Assembly (NCBI GenBank): GCA_951406725.2
Contig: OX597841.1
Location: 13,764,001 to 13,828,000 of the forward strand
DNA length: 64,000 nucleotides
Direction: 5' to 3'
Source of the DNA: Octopus vulgaris
Taxonomy: Eukaryota
The notes under the pieces are model-generated. The model ran no database searches. It was given only the letters and a program-made list of their open reading frames with translations, and was not told the origin of the DNA. Position numbers and translations under genes: made by a program. This document shows positions 28,443 through 64,000 of the stretch, piece by piece (positions within the stretch are counted from its first letter, which is position 1; every line of letters begins with the position of its first letter).

Positions 28443-28693
28443 CTCTGTGTGTGTATGTGTATGCTTATACACAGACCACCTCTCTTCCTTTGAGTATCTT
28501 CTATTGAAGTGACGACTTTCTCAAAATAAATCTTTATCCGTCGAAGACTTATCCTTGTTTCGGTCGAAGAAGAAAGAATGGAATGGGAAAGTCCATTAGT
28601 GTTTCAATACCTACTTCACTTCATCGTCTACACGCGTGCACACACAGATGATATATATATATACATAAATAGATACATATATATATATATGTA

Positions 28694-28743
<50 letters not shown>

Positions 28744-28875
28744 TATATGAGTGTGTACATAGAGAGAGGGAGAGAAATATATACATATATATATATATAT
28801 AATATGGGTATATATATCTATATTTTATATATATATATATATATTCATATGATATATATATATATGAATATACAT

Positions 28876-28934
<59 letters not shown>

Positions 28935-29166
28935 TAGATATATAGATAGGTAGATAGATAAACATATCTATATATATATAGACACACGTACTTATACATA
29001 TACACACATATATGCACATGTGCGTATATATTTATATACACACTCCCACACCACTACAGAAGCCAGTTCTACTACGACTTACAACTGACCTCATTAACAT
29101 TTCTGCTGCTTACCATTCTGCTGTCCTCCCACACAGTCAATGCTTTGTGGATATTGATGAACCAAA

Positions 29167-30545
29167 GCCACCACCACCACCACCAACACCATCTACGACC
29201 ACCACCACCACAACCACCACCACCACCACCACAACCACCACCACCACCACCACCATCTACGACCACCATCACAACCACCACCACCACCACCACCACCACA
29301 ACCACCACCACCAACACCACCACCACCATCACCATTACCGCAACCACCATCACAACCACCACCACCACCATCACCACTACCCCCACCACCACAACCACCA
29401 CAACCACCACCACCATCACCACTACCCCCACCACCACAACCACCACAACCACCACCACAACCACAACCACCACCACAACCACCACCACAATCACCACCAC
29501 AATCACCACAACCACCACCACCACCATCACCACCACCACCACCACCACTACAACCACCACCACAACCACCACCACCACCATCACCACTACCCCCACCACC
29601 ACAACCACCACCACCACCATCACCACTACCCCCACCACCACAACCACCACAACCACCCCACAACCACAACCACCACCACAACCACCACCACAACCACCAC
29701 CACAATCACCACCACCACCACCACCATCACCACCACCACCACCACCACTACAACCACCACCACAACCACCACCATCACCATCACCACCACCACAACCACC
29801 ACCACAACCACCACCACCACCACCACCACCACACCACCACACCACCACCACCACCACCACCACAACCACCACCACAACCAACACCACTACCACCACCACC
29901 ACCACCACTACCCCCACCACCACAACCACCACCACAACCAACACCACTACCACCACAACCACAACCACCACCACAACCACCACCACAACCACCACCACAA
30001 TCACCACAACCACCACCACCATCATCACCACAACCACCACCACCACTACAACCACCACCACAACCACCACCACCACCACCACCACCATCACCACCACCAC
30101 CACCACAACCACCACCACCACCACCACAACCACCACAACCACCACCACCACCACCACCACCACAACCACCACCACAACCAACACCACTACCACCACCACC
30201 ACCACCACTACCCCCACCACCACCACCACACCACCACCACCACCACCACCACCACCACCACAACCACCACCACAACCACCACCACAACCACCACCACAAC
30301 CAACACCACTACCACCACCACCACCACCACTACCCCCACCACCACAACCACCACCACTACCACCACCACCACCACCACCACCACAACCACCACCACCACC
30401 ACCACCACCACCACCACCACCACCACCACCACCACCACCACCACCACCACCACAACCACCACCACAACCAACACCACTACCACCACCACCACCACTACTA
30501 CTACAGCCAATGCTGCTGCTGCTCCTGCTACCACTGCTACTACTA
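29167..30545. repeat. About 1.4-kb compound (CAC/CAA/CAT)n trinucleotide array
   Basis: Directly visible. Confidence 0.97.
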
Positions 30546-30979
30546 TTACTATAGATAGTAATATGATTTTTATTTTATTTGTGCCTTTTAACTGTTTGAG
30601 TTATTAGACTGCGTTGGCCATGCTGGGGCACCACATTCAAGAATTCCTTTTTAGTTGAATAAATCGACATCAGGACTTATTTATTTTTTTTGTTTTGTTT
30701 TGTTTTTTTGTCATTTTGTGTGTGTATTTCAAGCCTGGGACTTACTCTATAGCTTTCTGCCGCTGATCTGCTCAGTTGTGGGGACATAAACAAACCAACA
30801 CCAGTTGTCAAATGTTGGTGATGAACAAACAGACAAAAAGACATATACACACACGCATATATATATGTATGTGTGTATGTGTGTATGTACATATGTATGT
30901 ATATAAATATATATATATATATATATACACATAGACATACACATACATATATGTATATATATATATATGTGTGTGTGTG

Positions 30980-31013
<34 letters not shown>

Positions 31014-31031
31014 TAAATAGATAGATTGATG

Positions 31032-31089
<58 letters not shown>

Positions 31090-31090
31090 C

Positions 31091-31123
<33 letters not shown>

Positions 31124-31141
31124 TGTATATATAAACATTTA

Positions 31142-31197
<56 letters not shown>

Positions 31198-31211
31198 CAT
31201 ATATATATATG

Positions 31212-31261
<50 letters not shown>

Positions 31262-31264
31262 CAC

Positions 31265-31315
<51 letters not shown>

Positions 31316-32334
31316 TCATCAACTTTGAATGTCCTCCTTCCATGCTGGCATGTGTTAGACGGTTTGTCAGGAGCCGGCCCTGCAGAATCCTGCACCATGC
31401 TTCTGTGTCTGTTTTGGCAGGGATTTCCCTGCTGAATGCCCTTCCCAAAAACCAACCACATAACAGAGTGAGCTGAGTGCTTTTAACATGGTCCCAACAC
31501 AGGTGAGGGCAGTTTTGGCATGGTTTCTACTGCAAGATGTCCTTCCTAATGCCAACAACTCCGAGAGTGTAATGCACCGGTACCATTTGTGTGAGACCAG
31601 TATCTGCCATGATTGCAATTTTGCACAGTTTGACAGGCCTTCTCAAGCATGACCTAATGTCAAAGGTCTCAGTCATTGCCCCTGTGAGACCCAATTCTTG
31701 AAAGGAACTCAGCGACTTTGCCTCCATAACACCCAACACTCGAAAGGAACTCAGCCACTTTGCCTCCGTGAGAATCTAGCACCCCCACTCAGCTCAAAGT
31801 ACTGTTGCTGAATATCTCTCGTTATGAGATTTAAAAATAGTAATTTTTTAATCTATAAATCAGTGACTGGTTGTCAATTTGAATATATTTAGAATGGGAA
31901 TTTGGCAGCGCCACGTCTAGCCGATCGATTATTCTGTGCTGATGAAGAGAAATAACCCAGAAATCAGATACACAGATATAGTTTTGAGCTGAGTGGGGGG
32001 TGCTAGATTCCCTTGTTTGAAAATATAAGGACACAGATCGTGTCATATAGCCAGCTGGAGACAATGTCTCCTGGGGCTAAATTACAGCAACATTCGTCCT
32101 AAACCAGGACTGCCATGTTATGTTTGTAAACAATCTTTACTACATATAGAAAAGAAGATTTTTTTAAATGAAACAAGAATGTAACAGGTGACAACAAAAA
32201 CATCCAGACGGTTAGATGATACAAAAAAGGAGAGGAAAAAGTAAGGATGGGTCATTTGACGTTTTCTATCCTCAGTTGAGTTCCAGATTTTCTCTGCAGT
32301 TTTGGCCGGTTACATTCAATACACTATATGTGTA

Positions 32335-32389
<55 letters not shown>

Positions 32390-32618
32390 ATACACACACA
32401 CACACATATATATATATGTATACATATACATATGCATCCAGCTGCAGAAACAATACCAGATCAGATTGGAGCTTGGTACAGCTGCTGGCTGTCCAGACCT
32501 CAGTCAAAGCATCCAACCCACGCCAGCATGGAAAACGGACGTTAAGCGATGATAATGAGGAGGATGAGGATGATATTGATATATACGTACACATACACAC
32601 ATACTCTTTACTCTCTTT

Positions 32619-33662
<1,044 letters not shown>

Positions 33663-33665
33663 CAC

Positions 33666-33913
<248 letters not shown>

Positions 33914-34157
33914 GCACGTACGTAAAAATGTGTGTTTGTGTGTGAGTGTGTATACATATAATGTATGTGTGTGTATGTGTGGAATGGTTTTTGCCTTTGT
34001 AGAGAGAGAATGAATTAAATGCTGAGATTGTGAAAGAGAGAGAAAGAGAGGGGAAGAGGGGAGGGATGGAGGGGGAGAGGGAGAGAGGGAGATGAAATAA
34101 AAGTGAGAAAAATGCGATTTCAGCACATTGGTATGTTTGATATAAGGCCAGCCTCCT

Positions 34158-34189
<32 letters not shown>

Positions 34190-34207
34190 TATACATATGT
34201 ATATATG

Positions 34208-34239
<32 letters not shown>

Positions 34240-34280
34240 TATATATGAACATATATATGTACATACACATATATATATAC

Positions 34281-34312
<32 letters not shown>

Positions 34313-34598
34313 GTATACATATATGCATATATATGTATATATATATATATATGTATACATATATACATATATATGTATGTGTGTATATATATATATGTAT
34401 ATGTATATATGTTTCTGTCTCCCGCTCCATATGTGTGTGTGTGTATGTTTACATGTATGTTTATACATTTATAAATACGACATTTATACATATGTTAAGA
34501 TATATATATATATATGCCTATGTATGCACATATATGTATACACCTATGTATGTATATGTGTGTACATATATGTCTATCTATCTATCTATCTATCTATC

Positions 34599-34627
<29 letters not shown>

Positions 34628-34629
<2 letters not shown>

Positions 34630-35462
34630 AGAGAGAGAGAGAGAGATTTATAATTACCATGACAGAAAGAAAAAAGTGGAGAGAGAGAGAGAGAGAGAGA
34701 GAAGATAAAGAGGCTGGCATACAGAGAGAGGGGGGAGGGAGCAAGGGAGCAGGACAGACAAACAGATAAATAGAGACAGAGACATGCAGTGACAGACAGA
34801 CTGACAGAGAGATTAACAGAGAGACAGGTAGAGAGAGAGAGAGAGAGAGAGAGAAAGAACATGATAGAGAAGGAGAGAGAGAGCAGTGAATAGCCATGGA
34901 ATAAGAAGGGGGGAAGAGAGAATGAGAGGAATTAGACAGAGAGAGAGAGAGATAGAGAGAAAGAACATGATAGAGAGAGAGAAAGGGAGAGAGAAAGAGC
35001 ATGATAGAGAAAGAGAAAGAGAGAGAGAGACAGAGAGAGAGAGAGAGACAGAGGCAGGGAAAGAGGAAGCGGGAAAGAGAGAGAGAAAGAATATGATAGA
35101 GAAAGAGAAAGAGAGAGAGAAAGAGACAGAGGCTGGAAGAGAGAGAGAGGCAGGGAGAGAGAAAGAGGGAAAGAGACAGAGGCAGGGAGAGAGAGAGGGA
35201 ATAAGATATAGAGAGAAAGAGGGAGTGAGTGAGAGAGAAGGAAGAAGATAGAGAGAGCAAAAGACAGAGGCTGGGAGAAAGAGAGAAAGAAAGAGACAGA
35301 GGCAGGGAGAGAGAAAGAGAGACAGAGAAACAGAGGGAGAGAAAGAGAGAGGAGTAAGAGTCAGAGAGAGACAGAGAGACAGAGGGAGAGAGAGGGAGAG
35401 GAGTAAGAGTCAGAGAGAGACAGAGAGACAGAGGGAGAGAGAGGGAGAGGAGTAAGAGTCAG
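34628..35462. repeat. About 800-bp polypurine (GA-rich) tract ending in 49-bp tandem units
   Basis: GGAGTAAGAGTCAG at 35351, 35400 and 35449. Confidence 0.9.
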
Positions 35463-35559
35463 GTAGTAGCAGCTCTTGTTTTGCATCTCATCTCATCTCC
35501 AGCATCTTTCAATGGAAAAAAAAAAAAATACAAAAACTAACAAAAAAAAAACAAAAAAC

Positions 35560-36151
35560 AAACCAAACGAGATTTCATCTGCCCACTCACGCAGGCGCAG
35601 AACCGCTCTCGAATAAAACCTCCAACTTCCCCCCCCACTACAAATATCCTTGTGTGTTCCATAGAATGCAGACATCAATATCACACGCGGGGGTTCCATT
35701 CTAAAGCTGACAGCAGAACCACGAACTGCTACTAATACTACTAGTGTAGAGTTCAATATACAATCACCTTACTACTGCTACAACTACTAGACCAAGTTAT
35801 TTACCAGAAAGCACACTTCATCCCATTTGTCTTTCTGGTTATACATACATATCCTTATACTTCTCAATATCTATCTATCTACATATATATATATATATAC
35901 AAATATATATATATAGATAGATTGATAGATAGATACAGATAATTATAAATTCTTGTTAATTAATATCCACAGCAACAGAGTGAGTGGTGTGTGTTGACTA
36001 ATTTTAACGCTTGTTAACGAGTGGTTTCGTTTTTTTCTTCCCCGCGTTTTCATCAATAATATATATATATAGATATATATATATATATATATATATTTTT
36101 TAGATATATTATAAATTGTAAGATAATAACGGTAAAAAGTAATATCAGACA
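35560..36151 (+). promoter_or_regulatory. Probable promoter/5' UTR of the secreted-protein gene
   Basis: Unique CpG-containing sequence (ACGCAGGCGCAG, NRF1-like) between an 800-bp GA tract and the initiator ATG. The TSS cannot be determined. Confidence 0.4.
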
Positions 36152-63821
<27,670 letters not shown>

Positions 63822-64000
63822 GTTTGTCCCAATATTTCGTTTTTGCAAGATTCTAGATGCTAATTTAGGCATTTTTATTTTGGGTGGGTCATCATGCCAA
63901 TAATAAACATGCACACATACACTGGTTGTTTTTCACTTCTCAATATTTCGTTTTTGCAATATTCTAGATGCTAATTTATGCATTGAAGTAGATTTCCTTT

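Noticed and set aside
29012-30607. 531-aa His/Thr-rich ORF and overlapping poly-P/V/G ORFs
   Set aside because: Translation of a (CAC)n-type array open in several frames on both strands; no splice or start context.

Overview
Eukaryotic, AT-rich, microsatellite-saturated DNA whose SINE repertoire points to an octopod cephalopod genome (inference from repeat families). Almost all ORFs in the supplied track are artefacts of (TA)n, (CA)n, (GAT)n, (CAC)n and (ATT)n repeats or of SINEs. One real protein-coding gene can be assembled by hand on the + strand. It has a signal-peptide exon at 36152-36242 (absent from the ORF track), a 17.9 kb first intron, then seven GT-AG exons with consistent phases (54121-54306, 57381-57574, 58795-58959, 60134-60229, 61370-61706, 62363-62452, 63534-63821). 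These give 482 codons of a secreted, Cys-free, acidic, dibasic-rich, granin-like protein that runs off the 3' end of the window. The non-coding DNA holds at least five SINE-like families, a decayed RTE-type LINE end, Helitron/Helentron and mariner remnants, and an element found only next to (ATT)n. It also holds a 66-bp minisatellite grown out of a SINE, a compact CRE/M-box/ETS/CCAAT motif cluster, and a set of long foldback (palindromic) elements plus minimal hammerhead-ribozyme-like motifs beside (TA)n tracts. These last two look like Penelope-like pseudo-LTR relics and are dense in intron 1. No rRNA, tRNA or CRISPR features.
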